A stretch of 62,350 nt of DNA, counting the filler, from Sphacelaria rigidula (taxonomy: Eukaryota), in NCBI GenBank assembly GCA_964200075.2. It is 10 parts of 10 records of this genome, joined end to end, with 100 filler letters (N's around TTAATTAATTAA, not from the genome) between each part and the next. Parts side by side here need not be neighbours in the genome. Positions count along the whole stretch, not along the records: positions 12,493 to 18,638 come from CAXNAA020021950.1; positions 18,739 to 24,883 come from CAXNAA020021951.1; 8 more parts are not named here. One strand, given 5' to 3'. How positions within the stretch are numbered: position 1 is the first letter of the stretch; each line of letters opens with the position of its first letter. Of the stretch, positions 12,493 to 24,983 are shown piece after piece. Made by a program: the position numbers and the translations under genes. The notes beneath the pieces are model-generated. The model had not been told where the DNA came from and made no database searches. It worked only from the letters and a program-made list of their open reading frames with translations.

Positions 12493-14601
12493 GGCTACGA
12501 CAACGACAAGCCTACCTACCGAATCTACGACCGCCACACAGGGCAGGTCATCAGCACCCGCAACGTCACTTTCATAGAGACGCCGCCGGTCGCTGTTCGC
12601 ACCACAACCGGCGCCCGGGAGCAAGATTACAGCGACGATCCAATTTATGAGGACTTCGCGCTGGACGGCAACAGTGCCGATGGCAGTATCGACATCATCA
12701 ACGACAACACCAACGACCGCTTTTTCAACGGCATCAGCAATTTGGACGCAGCAGACTACTCGATTGATTCACCGCTCGGCTCTACGCGGCAACTACGATC
12801 GGCAACATCCTCATCTCCGAAACCCGCAGCTACCACCACAAGAAAGCTTTCTCCCTCCGGCCTGAACCAAGCGCGGGCGCTACGCCAGCTGGCGCTTGCC
12901 GTGGACTTCGCTGCGCGCCAAGAGTCGTACTCGCTTATGCAACAAGTGAGTCACTACATCGGCGTTGTGGGGCTACACAAGGTCACTACTCCAGAGGCCA
13001 TCCCTGTACCCAACACCCTCAAGGAGGCAATGACCTCGCCTCATTCTGCAGAATGGCTGACGGCCGCCCGGAAGAAGCACCAGAACTTCATCGACCTCCA
13101 GGTTTTCAAGTTGGTTCCTCCGAAAGCAGTTCCTCTAGGCCATAACATCATCGGCTCACGCTGGGTGTTCAAGGTAAAAACGGATGGGCGATTCAAAGGC
13201 AGAGTCGTCGGAACGGGCTGGTCTCAGAGGCATGGCATAGACTGCGGCAGCACGTTTGCGCCGGTCTGCCGGATCGACAGTCAACGCCTCCTTCTTGCCA
13301 TCGCCGCTGCCAACGGATGGAGCGTCTCAGCCATGGACTTCTCAACAGCATTTCTCAACGGGAAGCTCGAGGAAGAAGTCTACATGGGGCAGGCGCCGGG
13401 GTTCGAAAAGAAGAACTCGCGGGGGCGACCGTTCATCATGGAGCTGCACAAGTCCATTTACGGGCTGCGGCAGTCACCAAAAGCATGGAACGGCACCATC
13501 GACGGCGATCTGCGAGCACTCGGCTTCGAACCGACCGTGAGCGACGCGTGCGTATAAGTCAAGGGCAGCGGAGACGACGACATCATGCTCACTCTGTACG
13601 TGGACGACCTCCTCATCACGGGACCCAACTCAGCAATCGTGGCCAAACTCCGGAAAGCACTCTTGGACAAGTTTTCTATGACGGATTTTGGCGACGCCAC
13701 TAAAATCTTGGGGATCGACACCATCCAGGATAAGCAGCTAGGCACCATCAGCATCAGCCAAGGGCCCTACGTAATATCGCTACTGCAAAAGTGCGGCATG
13801 TTCGACTGCAACGTAGTACACACACCTGGAATCGGCAACGAGCTGACCGCGGAGCCCGAAGGCAGCGTACCGCTCGACATGGATGACACTCTCAACTACC
13901 AGAGCATCGTGGGGTCCCTCATCTTCCTGTGCCAGTGTACCCGCGTGGACATCTGCTTCGCAGTGTCACAGGCGGCACGGTTCATGAGCAAGCCAACCTC
14001 AGTACATATGGGGGCCGTGAAACGCATTCTGCGATACCTGCGCGGCACCCCTGACATTCGCATCACCTACAGCCGGAACAGCAGCTTCGAGCTCGCTGGG
14101 TTCTGTGACGCCTCTTACGGCACGGGCAACCCGGAGAAGGCTAGGTCTACATCGGGGAGCATCGACTTCCGTGATGGGGGTGTCATACCCTTCTCGCCTA
14201 GCGTTCAGAAAATCTCAGCCCAATTTACCACCGAAGCGGAGCTGATTGCCATGAGCTCTTGCGCAAAACAAGGCATTTACCTGTGTGGCATCCTCGAAGA
14301 GCTCGGATGGAGGCCCTTCCGCAGCGCCCGCATATTTTGCGACAACAAGGGCGCCCTGCTACTCGCGGGACAAGGCTCGTACAGCAGCAGAAGCAAACAC
14401 CTCGCGATCAGGCTCGCCGGCCTTCGCGATTGGATCACCGACGACAAGATTATCATCGACCACGTCTCCACGAAGGGTCAGCTTAGCGACATCCTCACCA
14501 AGTTCCTGGCTAGGCCCCTCTTCACGGAGATGCTTGCGGCCATCCTCAGGGGACCGGACCTCCAGCAGGACAAACTACCACGTCACCACTTTTCAACTTG
14601 A
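12493..14601 (+). pseudogene. Ty1/copia pol (post-integrase SH3, RT, RNase H) with one in-frame TAA at 13555-13557
   Basis: GYDNDKPTYRIYD...RNVTF; IIGSRWVFKVK; SIYGLRQSPKAW; LYVDDLLI; FCDAS; SKHLAIR; QLSDILTK. One reading frame throughout. Confidence 0.96.
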
Positions 14602-14909
14602 GGAATTCCACAGCTTTTCTTCGCGGTTCTACTTTTTTGTTTGCTTTTCTTGGATTACCAGGATGGTTTAGCCTGGACTACTTACTTAGCGGACTGTATC
14701 AACGGCTTCCGTTTTGTGTATGTAGCCTAACGACGGCTGCATGATGAGCATACTTTGTTTCTGCTTCGCCTTTCCTTCTTTTCTTCGGACGGTCAGGACA
14801 TCGGTAATGATATTTGTCTGCGCGCCTGCTCAACCTTCTCTGTAGAAAGCTTCCATCACGGGGGCGCACTTCGTAGCATTCACCGATATAGGTTTCCATC
14901 TCGGGGGCG

Positions 14910-15337
14910 TGTTAGAACAACAGATTTTTTAGTGGTCTCTTATTTCGATAGTCGCTCATATCGGGTAAATAGCAGTACAACTTCCGCATCCTCAGAGGAT
15001 TGTAACTGTCCTAAGATTTTTAGCGGAGCTTCCGTCTCTGTCGGGTTAATGTAAGGTTCTAGGATTCTCATTACTTTGTTCTAGAGTTCTGTCGGGTCAA
15101 TGTAAAGTCGTAGGATTCTCATAAGTAAGAATATTCTCATATGTAAGAAGATTCTTATTAGAAGATTCTTATAAGTAAGAACATTCTCATGAGTAAGAAC
15201 ATTCTCATAAGTGAGAACTTAAGCGTAGCGCATTGACTCGAGGGTACTTGTGGGTTGCTCCCACACCCTCTCACTCTCTTTTTCTTTTTCATGTTCTTCA
15301 CTGAGATTCTCGGCCACATGAGCGCCAATTTCCAACA
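14910..15337 (+). mobile_element. 3' LTR of the copia element
   Basis: Follows PPT-like CGGGGGCG; TGTTAGAA...TTCCAACA terminal inverted repeat; internal TAAGAAxATTCTCAT repeats at 15110-15220. Confidence 0.7.
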
Positions 15338-15545
15338 TCAGTCTTTTCGACAAGCAAGTGTGCTTTACCGCCACTTCCTGCTGGCTCTGTGCATCTCCTT
15401 GAGATATCACGCCACATCAAGAACTACCTCGTTCTTTCATCGAGTGCTAGACCTATGAATTTTCTCTGCCACAAGGAATGACTCGAGTACTCGCCCTGTT
15501 TACGTTTGACACTACGAGCGATGACTCGAGTACTCGCTCGATAGT

Positions 15546-16021
15546 TTTTCAACACGCCGAGTGAGCACGAGTATGACTCGTGACACTCGCACTCGTTGGG
15601 CTGCTCGTTGGCGGTAAAAATTGATAGGGCGAAATACTCGAGTTATTACTCGTCGTGGAAAAATTAATAGGGCGAACACTCGAGTCATTACTCATGATGA
15701 ACGACTTGGGTGGAGTAGTCAGCAATCCGACGATGAGTACTCGAGTAGTTGCTCGTGGAAGAAAAAAATCATGACTCGAGCACACGAGGCATGTTCGTTG
15801 TGTTGAAAAAAACATCCACGAGTGCACTCGTTTCGCCAAGTAATGAATACTCTGACCTGTGATTTTTTTTCACCACGCGCAATGACTCGAGTACTCGCCC
15901 TGTTTATTTATTTCACAACGAGCAATGACTCGATTACTCACCCTACTACTTTGCTTTCACCACGAGCAGCCCAACGAGTGCGAGACACGATTCATACTCA
16001 TGCTCGTCCGACGTGTGAAAA
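15546..16021. mobile_element. Foldback/MITE with ~150-bp inverted arms
   Basis: 15546-15695 matches the reverse complement of 15870-16021 (shared CTCGCACTCGTTGGGCTGCTCGT); arms are built from GACTCGAGTACTCG subrepeats. Confidence 0.8.
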
Positions 16022-19000
16022 CTTGACCATCTTTTTCCATCATCGGGATCAGGGTTAGAACGGCGTGGTAAGGTGGCCAACCCCCTCGCGGACGCGGTAA
16101 CGGACACAATGCATGTACAAAGCTGCGGGGTGTCCGAGTCCTTCTCACGTCTCATTGTGGGCAGAGGGAACATATGGTGCTACCGTGGACGTTCTGCATG
16201 TGGCCCTATCCTCTTTCACATCCTGCTGCACGAAACACGCAGACACGAACTTCACATACACTGCATTCAAGCAATGCAGGCAGTACGCACTGTCTGTATT
16301 GTTCACAAACGACCATCTACCGCTTCACGAATTTGACCGTCCTTTCCCGAAAAAACGCTTGAAAATTCCCGTCGACCCACCTGGAGAGGAAATGAGCGAA
16401 TTTCGCTAAATTTAATTGCCATCGCTCCCTTCTTTCGATAGAAGAATGCGGCAAGACACTCACTCAGCACATTATGCCGTCCACGCGCGAGCTGCCATAG
16501 GCACCTCTGTCAGAGCGTACTCTCGATGTCGAGACAGCCACCAAGTGCGTCGACCCTATGCTCAAACGCGGTGCGGAAATAAAAAAATAGAATGATTTGA
16601 ACGGTTTGATGATTACGACGTTTTCTACATGTACGTTCTGTCGAAAGCTCTAGTGAGAGCTCCTAATACCCGTGTACAGTACTGCCATCGCATGCGGAAG
16701 TACTCGTATCTTTGAGTAGAGCTGCGCGAACGGACCATATATTCGTCGAACCAACTGATATCGGAATGAAGTTGGGAGCTCACATGCACAAAGTAAAAAA
16801 GACAAACCTTGGGGGATGGAATCCACATGTCGTCCATCCCACTGGCGACAAAAGTCCCATGACACCAGCAGGGCGCGGCAGTAGTATTGTGCTACGATAC
16901 GAGTAGTTTTTTGTCGAACCGCGGATTCGCATTCAAATATTATCTCGTCGTCGCCGTTTCTGTCGTATGGCATGAACACTAACTCTTGCCTCCGTACTTC
17001 AGCGCCCATCTCCCACACCAAGTTCTGTTCATGCCTGTCATTCCGGCGACATGATGTCGTGGTAGGCGCATGGTGTGCGTGCGCCGCTGTCAGGCACTCT
17101 ACATCCGCGCCACACCTTCGGCGATGCACGCGATACTCGCGCTGTCTTCTTTCTTTTTGTCGCCATCATTTCATTGCGCTCACCGTGTCCGTGCCGCGCC
17201 CGTCACCTCTAACCCTTGACTCCCTGTGTAGACGGCCTTCAGGCTAAGGAAATCGCTCGGAGCACATGGACGGAGGGCGCAGATACCTCGCCGGGACTGT
17301 TTTACCACGGCATACCCCGTCCTGTGGGTCGGGGATGGAGAGATTCCGTCGGCGGTACGCGAGGCTTTCGCCTGGCTGTGGGATAGGGGGTCGTGTGGAT
17401 TTTCCAGGCGTTTGCGGAAAGCCTCCACGCTGTTGGTGTGAAGCGTGTAACAACTCCATGATAAATGGACGGAGGGGGGGGCGGGAAGTTAAACCTCGCT
17501 CTAGATCCACGATAGGTTTCCCCGCCGGTAGTTGGGGTGACGGCTCCTGCGCGCCTGTCGCGACGAATCATACATCCTTTTGTGGTCGTGGTGAATTCGT
17601 TGTCTCCACATGTCGGCGCCGACGCGGGCGGCAGAAAACCGTGAGGACGGCTGTTGTCGGGGTTTGTGGATGTGTTGTGCTCCATGCCGGAGTATGGGTT
17701 CGTGTGATAAATTCGGCGCACATCGCATGAAATATATCCCTGTTTGGCCCACTGAGTCGCGGACCCGTGCCGTGGGTTTTGGGTATGAAGCACCTCGTGT
17801 TGCGTGGTTCTGTTGTCCTCAGTGGCGCGGTGATCAGCGGAGTGATTTGGTTTTCCTCCTTCCTTCTCGGCTCTGTTCATATTTTGTAGCGTTCCTCCGT
17901 GTGTGTTCCTTATTGTCCATGTCTGTGATAGTCTCTTGGGGGCTGGGGGGTGTGCTTCACACCTGTGGTGATCAGATCTCCTCAAGTGCTTCGCCTGTGG
18001 TCGTTCGGGTTTTCGGTGTTGAGTTTTGTCTTAATTTTTGTCACAGGACTTGCGTTTCGGTGCACGATGATACGCGCCGAAGCGACGGCGCAGAGACCGT
18101 TTGTTTGACGACGACGTTTTTGCGTTGCCTCTGCTTGATCCTCGGAGGACCTGCGCGAATATTTCAGCAGCAATCGTTCCACGGTCCGACCTTTTTCATT
18201 TATGCACTTTTGGCATCCGAGCGTTCCCGTACCGTGCTTTGCTGCGGCACGCGCGCAGGATCACGGTCTCTCCACCCGGCGGTTACTCCGCCGACGTGCG
18301 AGTGATCCTGGCACGTGTTCAGATATTTTCTTTGATCGGCTCCCGTGACTGCTGAAATGACGGGGAGTCTTGTGGAAGGCGAGACGGAGCAGTTCTCCAC
18401 TCATCGACTGGCGACAGCCCGATACCTTGTAACAGAGGATTCTATAAAATGAGGTTCATCAATAAAATGAGGTTCGAGCCCAAAACAGTACTTTCTCCAC
18501 ACTTGCAGCGATGGTGCCCGATGACGTTTTTGTCGGCCTAATGCCCCTCGATCGCGTAGATACTTTTTCAGCGCATTTTACCGACTCTGTGAGCTTACAG
18601 CGCTGGCCGAAACTACTGTTTTCCCTGATATCACCCCCNNNNNNNNNNNNNNNNNNNNNNNNNNNNNNNNNNNNNNNNNNNNTTAATTAATTAANNNNNN
18701 NNNNNNNNNNNNNNNNNNNNNNNNNNNNNNNNNNNNNNCCAACCCCATCGGGGGTCCGCCCCTACAAAGCCGGGACGGAGCACGCCGGGTTCTCGCCGGA
18801 CCAGGCTCCAACGGAGGTGACTCTTCTCAAATGTACATGTTTATTTTATGGTGGTTTGTGATTCATGTTGAATAAAGCGGTTTTTCCCGAGCACAACATT
18901 CAAGCCTCCAAGCTTTGTTCACGGGACTGTCATCCGACTACAAGTATACTGTTCCGAGATATAGCTCGGTACCCCACCACCTCTTCTTGCCAAAACACTA

Positions 19001-19569
19001 AAAACGTGAGGTAAAAACGGTACAAGGACTTGCAAATATCATGTTTTGTGCCACGTAGAGTATGCATGAATCGTCCTCAGGTCGACTCTTACGGCATGAA
19101 GCTGGATCTGCAAAAAGTTGCGGTTGGTCATGGGTGATTTGGGTGAACTTGGAAGTTCCCAGATCAGTTGGACGAAGCTTACGAGATTCTGATCGCGTGA
19201 CAGTGATATGATTTTCCGTGTCGAACACATCACCGGCGCATAAAAACGGGGACACTCGAAAAAACAATTCACTGCCCCCCCCCCCCGATGAGGGGTGTCG
19301 TTATGTCATACAGTGCTTGTCCTGATACACCTGGTATGCTTGTACGTATGGCTGTTCCTCGAGAGGCCGAAAGATGGAACCTTGCGATTCTTAGTTCTTT
19401 GGTTGGTGGTATTTGGGGCCTTGAGTCTCGCCCGTAGTCGGACCCTGTGTTCATTTCTACTCGGCGTCGCGCGTCGAGTTGGAAAGCCGGGTGCCACCCC
19501 CTGAAGTCCGAATGGCCACCTGCGGCACCGGATCTGCTGAGGTTAGCCATATGTATTATCTTTCTTCTT

Positions 19570-19731
19570 TATTGTTTATCCCTGTATTGCTTGTATCGCG
19601 TTTTGTGAGTGTTGATCTGGGTCTATTTTGGTTTTTTGGTTTTTTGCTAGCCTGTAACCACGGAAGGCGTCCGCATTAGATGCCCAATATGAATGTACCG
19701 CGCAGATATCGGAAAGGTTTTTATTGTGAAG

Positions 19732-19765
<34 letters not shown>

Positions 19766-19766
19766 C
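19570..19766 (+). mobile_element. Retroposon 3' UTR with (CAA)n tail
   Basis: T-rich UTR, then a terminus shared with 6247-6318. Confidence 0.6.
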
Positions 19767-20794
19767 TGGTATTAAAAATTGCCCCACTGGTTTGAACTTT
19801 GGGACAGGCCCGATTCGAACCCACGACACTCGCGACAGCGCTGTGGTCAAATCAGTATTGCTAGGACCGCTTTTTCCCTATAGAGCCGAGCTTTATATAC
19901 GTCGATACTTCAAGCCCTTCCCAATTCCCGGTGTGGCATCAGTTATGCCCAGAAACGATACGAGATGTAAATAAACAACGGTGCATGGTGTTGACAGTCA
20001 TGGTCGTAGACGCGATTTGCATCACTTTCTTGTTCACAACTCGACAACCGCGATGTTGTTGTGGGCAAGACTAGCGCTCTGACCTAGCAAACATAATGTA
20101 GGCACTACGTGACTTGCGCGAGCCATGCCCCCCTCTCGCCGTACACTGAGCTGCGAGTAGTGAACACGTAGGACACCATGATGCCGGCACAAGAGTCAAG
20201 ACTGCAACCGTCAAGATTGTGTCGTTTACACAGTGAACAAACAGCCCGAGGTTGATCCCTGACTGTAAACTTGTCGAAATCACCTGGCCTGGTTCTGGGA
20301 GTAAGTCTGAGATCACCTGAACTTCTCGGAACAGAAGTAACCGGCAGTAATTCAACATGATACGATTCGAGCAGATTACCCTCCCACACAGTGGTATTCC
20401 TTGTCGATAGTATGGAGGCTTTATTCACGGCGACGTGTACGTTCTACTAGCAGAAGTCATGTTCCGCAGTTCCAATTTTCTCGAGCTCAGACAGGACGTC
20501 ATCGTGGGAAAAGGGGTGGGAACTGTCAGCGTCAACAGCTCGCTTCACGGACGATGCTCCACACGGGAGAAAGCTGCATGACGCACGAGATTCGTTACAG
20601 TACATGTTGCAGGCGATTCTTGCTGAAGATATGTCTGTATCCGCTAGAATAGGGCGAAGGTGGTGCAAGGTTCTCTATATGTGGGTCCCACTCTGTGCGC
20701 ATTGGTCTTGAAACACATCCTTGTACATAGAATATGCTGTTCGCTGCTGTATTCGACACTGCGTACCAACCGCAGCGTCACGTCTTGGGCGATA

Positions 20795-20975
20795 CTACTT
20801 GCTCACTGAACAGCGGCAGGGTGCAGGGTGACAAAGCACATCACAGGACGTCACACCCTTAGCCTATCCCTGTGCTGTATTGATTTCGCGCTGTCCTGTG
20901 CAGTTCGCCAAATCATGAACGCAACCGCTTGTATCTGCGGCCAGCGTGTACGCGGGATATTAGCCCTCGCTACGT
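20795..20975 (+). repeat. Unclassified interspersed repeat
   Basis: Aligns to the reverse complement of 27600-27785 (CAGGGTGACAAAGCACA, CTATCCCTG, TTGATTTCGCG). Confidence 0.8.
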
Positions 20976-21446
20976 GCTATACCGCTACGCCACATTGTAT
21001 AAAGCTGTCCGTGTTGCAGCTACAGCGTGCGTTTGCCCCAGGTGGCGCACGCAGGAGTGAGAGGCCGCCTCCGCTGCTGTAGTGGCTGCCTGTATCTTGG
21101 GCGAAGGTGTATGGTAACATAGCCACTATGGCGCGAAAGTCGCCTGTAACATTTAACACTCTTGGCATTGTCACACATCGCTGTCCCAAAGTGTAGCGTT
21201 GCAGTTACCGACTTCACGTACGAGTATTGAATAACACAAATGACAGTCGGCAATATACTCTATACTGTGCGCAGTACACTTTTAACATTGTGTTCATACT
21301 GACGGTAGAAGTGTTTGCCCAGGGTCTGGTACATTTCCACCTATAATCTTACTCTGTGAGATCGTGAAAAAAATCCGTAACATCTTGGCGAGCTGCACGT
21401 GAGGCAATCGCGAAAACATTCACCTGCAAAGTCTACCCCAGTGCCC

Positions 21447-21747
21447 TTTTTTTTCAACTCACACTTTGAACCCTCCCCTTCCTCGGGACGAGTCCGTGGT
21501 CTCAAGCGATCAACCCATCTCTCCCCCGGTACGTGCCTTTCATTTTGATCTCGCGGATTGGGTCAGCACTTTCGCACCCCGTCAACTCACGCACACGAAC
21601 CCAGTTGACTACTTTGTTTACTCACGTTCTCACGCTTTCCGCGGTGGAAATCATACATTACGAAGAAAAAACGCAACGCATCGGGAATCGAACCTCCGTT
21701 CTCACCACCCCAATGACGACAGTCGGACCATTACACCATCGGGGCGC
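21447..21747 (-). mobile_element. Full-length ~300-bp tRNA-derived SINE
   Basis: Head GCGCCCCGATGGTGTAATGG...GGTTCGATTCCC, followed by a body and a poly(A) tail; related copies at 67-207, 8210-8320 and 12034-12300. Confidence 0.85.
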
Positions 21748-22606
21748 GGCTGTACGTTGATATCGCTAGAAGGACACTATCATAACCACCCTGCCGGCTG
21801 CCAGACTGTCAGGACATAGTATCTGCTAGCATTGCTACTGTCTGCAGGGGGATATTGCCCCCTTGTCGGGTACGTGGGCAAGGGTCCATGGCAGAACGTA
21901 GTGGTCGCGTGAGAGAAGCTTAGCGTTGACGTGTCGAGCTTTTCGGACCGGGAAGCGTTCAGGCTAGACCGTCGCATATTTGGCGGGGCCTAGATGCTGC
22001 TTCTTTTCTGGTTTTGTGCGAGCGTTCATCCCTAACTGGGCGAAGATTGACGATGACGCCGGAAGAATCCGTTGCGGTCTGCGAGCCCGACCGAAATTGT
22101 ACTTACAATAATCGTCATCAGACAGGAGGTGGTAAAAAATTTACACACACACGAGAATGGTATCCACCGTTTCAATGCAGACCGGGCCCTCAGCGTCTTG
22201 TGCAGCCACGGCTGCGGCTCCGACACCTTGCTGTAGTACCAAGTAACACATCCTCCACGTTTCGGCGTCATCACAAGCGAGGTGCGGATTTTCTTCACGT
22301 CTAACCTTCAAAACACCACCTCCATATTATCGAAAAGGAATACGACGTAACACCGCAGAAGAATCGGTGAGGTGATCTCTCTCACGGTCGATCGGGCAAA
22401 CCGTAACTTTTCACATCCAGATTACCCCGCACAAGATTTGATCTGATGATTATCTGGGGAACCCAACCAGCAATCCAAAAATCCAAAACATCTCATCACC
22501 ACCCCCCACAACAGGCAATGCATCGCCCTACTCTTGTCCACGGAATCGAAAACAGCGGTGAATAATGGTTGAAATTTCCGATGTATGTGCTTCAATGGGG
22601 AGGGGA

Positions 22607-22927
22607 TCTGAGGATTTGTACGTAAACAATGGTTGATACAACGGAGATGCCGCCAACCCGAACCCTGATGCTAACCCTAACCCCGACCAAGGCATACCGA
22701 GAACCCTCGGGCAAGGGGATGCAGACTGCTCTCCAGGCAGAGTGTGCATTGCCAGAGCTCAAATCGACGCCTTTCAGCCGATTTTGGACCAAAACACGTT
22801 CTGGACGAGCTGGATCTACTGCTCACCGTGCTCACCTGCCCCAGACCATGATTTTTCTCAGAACTTTGTTCACTCTGAAATCAAGTAAAATCGAGTACCA
22901 ACCATTATTCACGTACAAATCCTCAGA
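22607..22927. mobile_element. MITE with ~33-bp TIR and internal CCCTAA-like units
   Basis: TCTGAGGATTTGTACGTAAACAATGGTTGATAC vs GTACCAACCATTATTCACGTACAAATCCTCAGA; CTAACCCTAACCC at ~22671-22683. Confidence 0.8.
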
Positions 22928-23407
22928 ACTACTGTCAATGGGACAGCCCATGGTCACGTTTTCCATGTGTTGTGCATTCCGTCTATCCTGCTTTTTGATA
23001 TCCACGAAGAGATTCGTACATCTCGCAGCGGCAACGGTGAGTATCCATGGTAGACAGATACCCATAAGTTGTCGTGTGCATCGGTGGTGAAGCCTAATCC
23101 AAAACTGTGACGGCACACCTACGCGTTGTCTCAATTTGCAATATATATCAACACAGGACACAGTCACATAACACCGACGCATGTACATACATGTTATGAA
23201 TATAGTGTCACAAAGTAGAATAGGCGATCCTTCCCGAAAACCTAGTGGTGAATGCCTGTTGCAGCCTGAACAATCCAACCCACCCGAGAGTACCAGCATT
23301 CAAATAAAACAAGCCTACCCCCTGCACTGCGCTGCACGGTCGTATCTTGATCAACTGTGTGAGAAGCAGCTACGTGCTGCTGACTGCTCTGTGCTCGTTG
23401 CATGTAC

Positions 23408-23571
23408 CTCGATCTCCTGACTCCCAAACAACATGTTGCAATGGAAGCAGCGACATTAGGCTTTGGATCCTTCAGCTTGTCGAGTTCGTGCTTGAGTCTC
23501 TTGTAATCGATGTAGTATCCTGACCATTTCTCCACACGATTGTCCTCAAGCTTAAGCGTGAACTTCACCAT
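23408..23571 (-). CDS. First exon of an SPX-domain protein (phosphate/inositol-pyrophosphate sensing; VTC/PHO1-XPR1/SPX-type)
   Basis: MVKFTLKLEDNRVEKWSGYYIDYKRLKHEL matches the SPX N-terminal MKF...W..YidYK.LK signature; AG|GTACAT donor. Confidence 0.85.
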
Positions 23572-24983
23572 GATGCACTGCTGTCTGTCTGGACTGCATC
23601 CTGGGAAGCAGCACGGAGCGGGCGAAGTCTCAATAAGTTTAAGTTTAAATCCCGTGAATCTAGATAAATAGGTCATAATCCATGATTGCGAAAAAATGTC
23701 ATTTTCCGAAATACAACGCATTAACATAGTCTTCTAAATTGGCAAAAGCCATCAAACCGGGAGACAAGGTATCCGTAGCGGTGTTCTTTTGCGGTAGGGC
23801 GTGGTTCTAGAGAAGAAGTGGTTAGAGAAGCACCCTGGATTCACGTCGTATCGGAATTACCTGAATATTGCAGTGGAAGAATTTGCAAACCAGAGGGAAG
23901 GTATGGGTGATGCTAGTGGTGTTGCTCCGGCGGTGGAAGCCATGGAGTTAGAAGACCCGCAAGGCATCGACGCGCCAGGTACACAAGACAGTCAATGGCG
24001 GTGACACTAGTACTGGTTGCTCTAGGTTAGGGCCGGATCAATTGTGCTTTGCCAAATAAGGGATAGGTGTTTCTCGGCACGACATCGTGTAGCACAGCAC
24101 TCTTTGTCCGTTTCGTTGGTATCTGCGTCCCGATACTCACTGGCGTTGTGAGTTTTGAGGTTTGTCTCTTATGGAAGGGTCTAGAAAACAACGCTTTCTC
24201 TTCGAGAGCAGAGGGTCAACAGTACGCTCAGTACAGGATCATACCCGCCACTACCACATCGTTGTGTTGCATTCCACCATCTGTGCTATACTACGTTCGC
24301 TGCATGGTCTCGTCAGCCTTACGGACAGTACAACCCAACCAGTTGCGTGCATCCAATATGGCTGAGTGACTGAAAACTTGACCAAGCGATGAAACAGCCT
24401 TCAACTCGGCTGCCGACGGATGGTTCTGTTGGGTTTTCCATTTCACCCGTTGCGTCTTCGGGGGTGCAACCCAACCATTTCATGCTTCGGGAAAAGGATG
24501 TCTCCCCTGTAACGTGTGTCCTATCACCGTACGTACTATGCCGTGATATCCATAAAAGTTCGGAGGTTCAAACGGTTTGGTGTGAAATTACCGCTGGATC
24601 CTTGCGCCCGAGGTATGGGAAGATATCAGTCACGGTGGTTTGCGTCGCTTCGGGATATGGAAAAAAACCATACCCTGGACAATCGAACAGTCAAAAAGTG
24701 TACTGCGTACAACGGTGTCGACCATTTCGCGTAATACAACAGACGAAAGATTTCATCCTACACGCAGTATATTCTTTTGACAAAATAATCTGTTGTCTTC
24801 TGTGTGAAAAAAACAGTTGGGGGGAGTGGGGAGGGGGGGGGGAAGGGTGTACTCATGATCATGCATGCCATAGTCATCAGACCNNNNNNNNNNNNNNNNN
24901 NNNNNNNNNNNNNNNNNNNNNNNNNNNTTAATTAATTAANNNNNNNNNNNNNNNNNNNNNNNNNNNNNNNNNNNNNNNNNNNN

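Noticed and set aside
18418..18638. Minus-strand LTR end plus PBS (TGTTACA-AGGTATCGGGC) with gag downstream
   Set aside because: The PBS match is imperfect, no gag motif is recognisable in 17100-18400, and the putative LTR has its own inverted repeat (18482/18608), more like a MITE.
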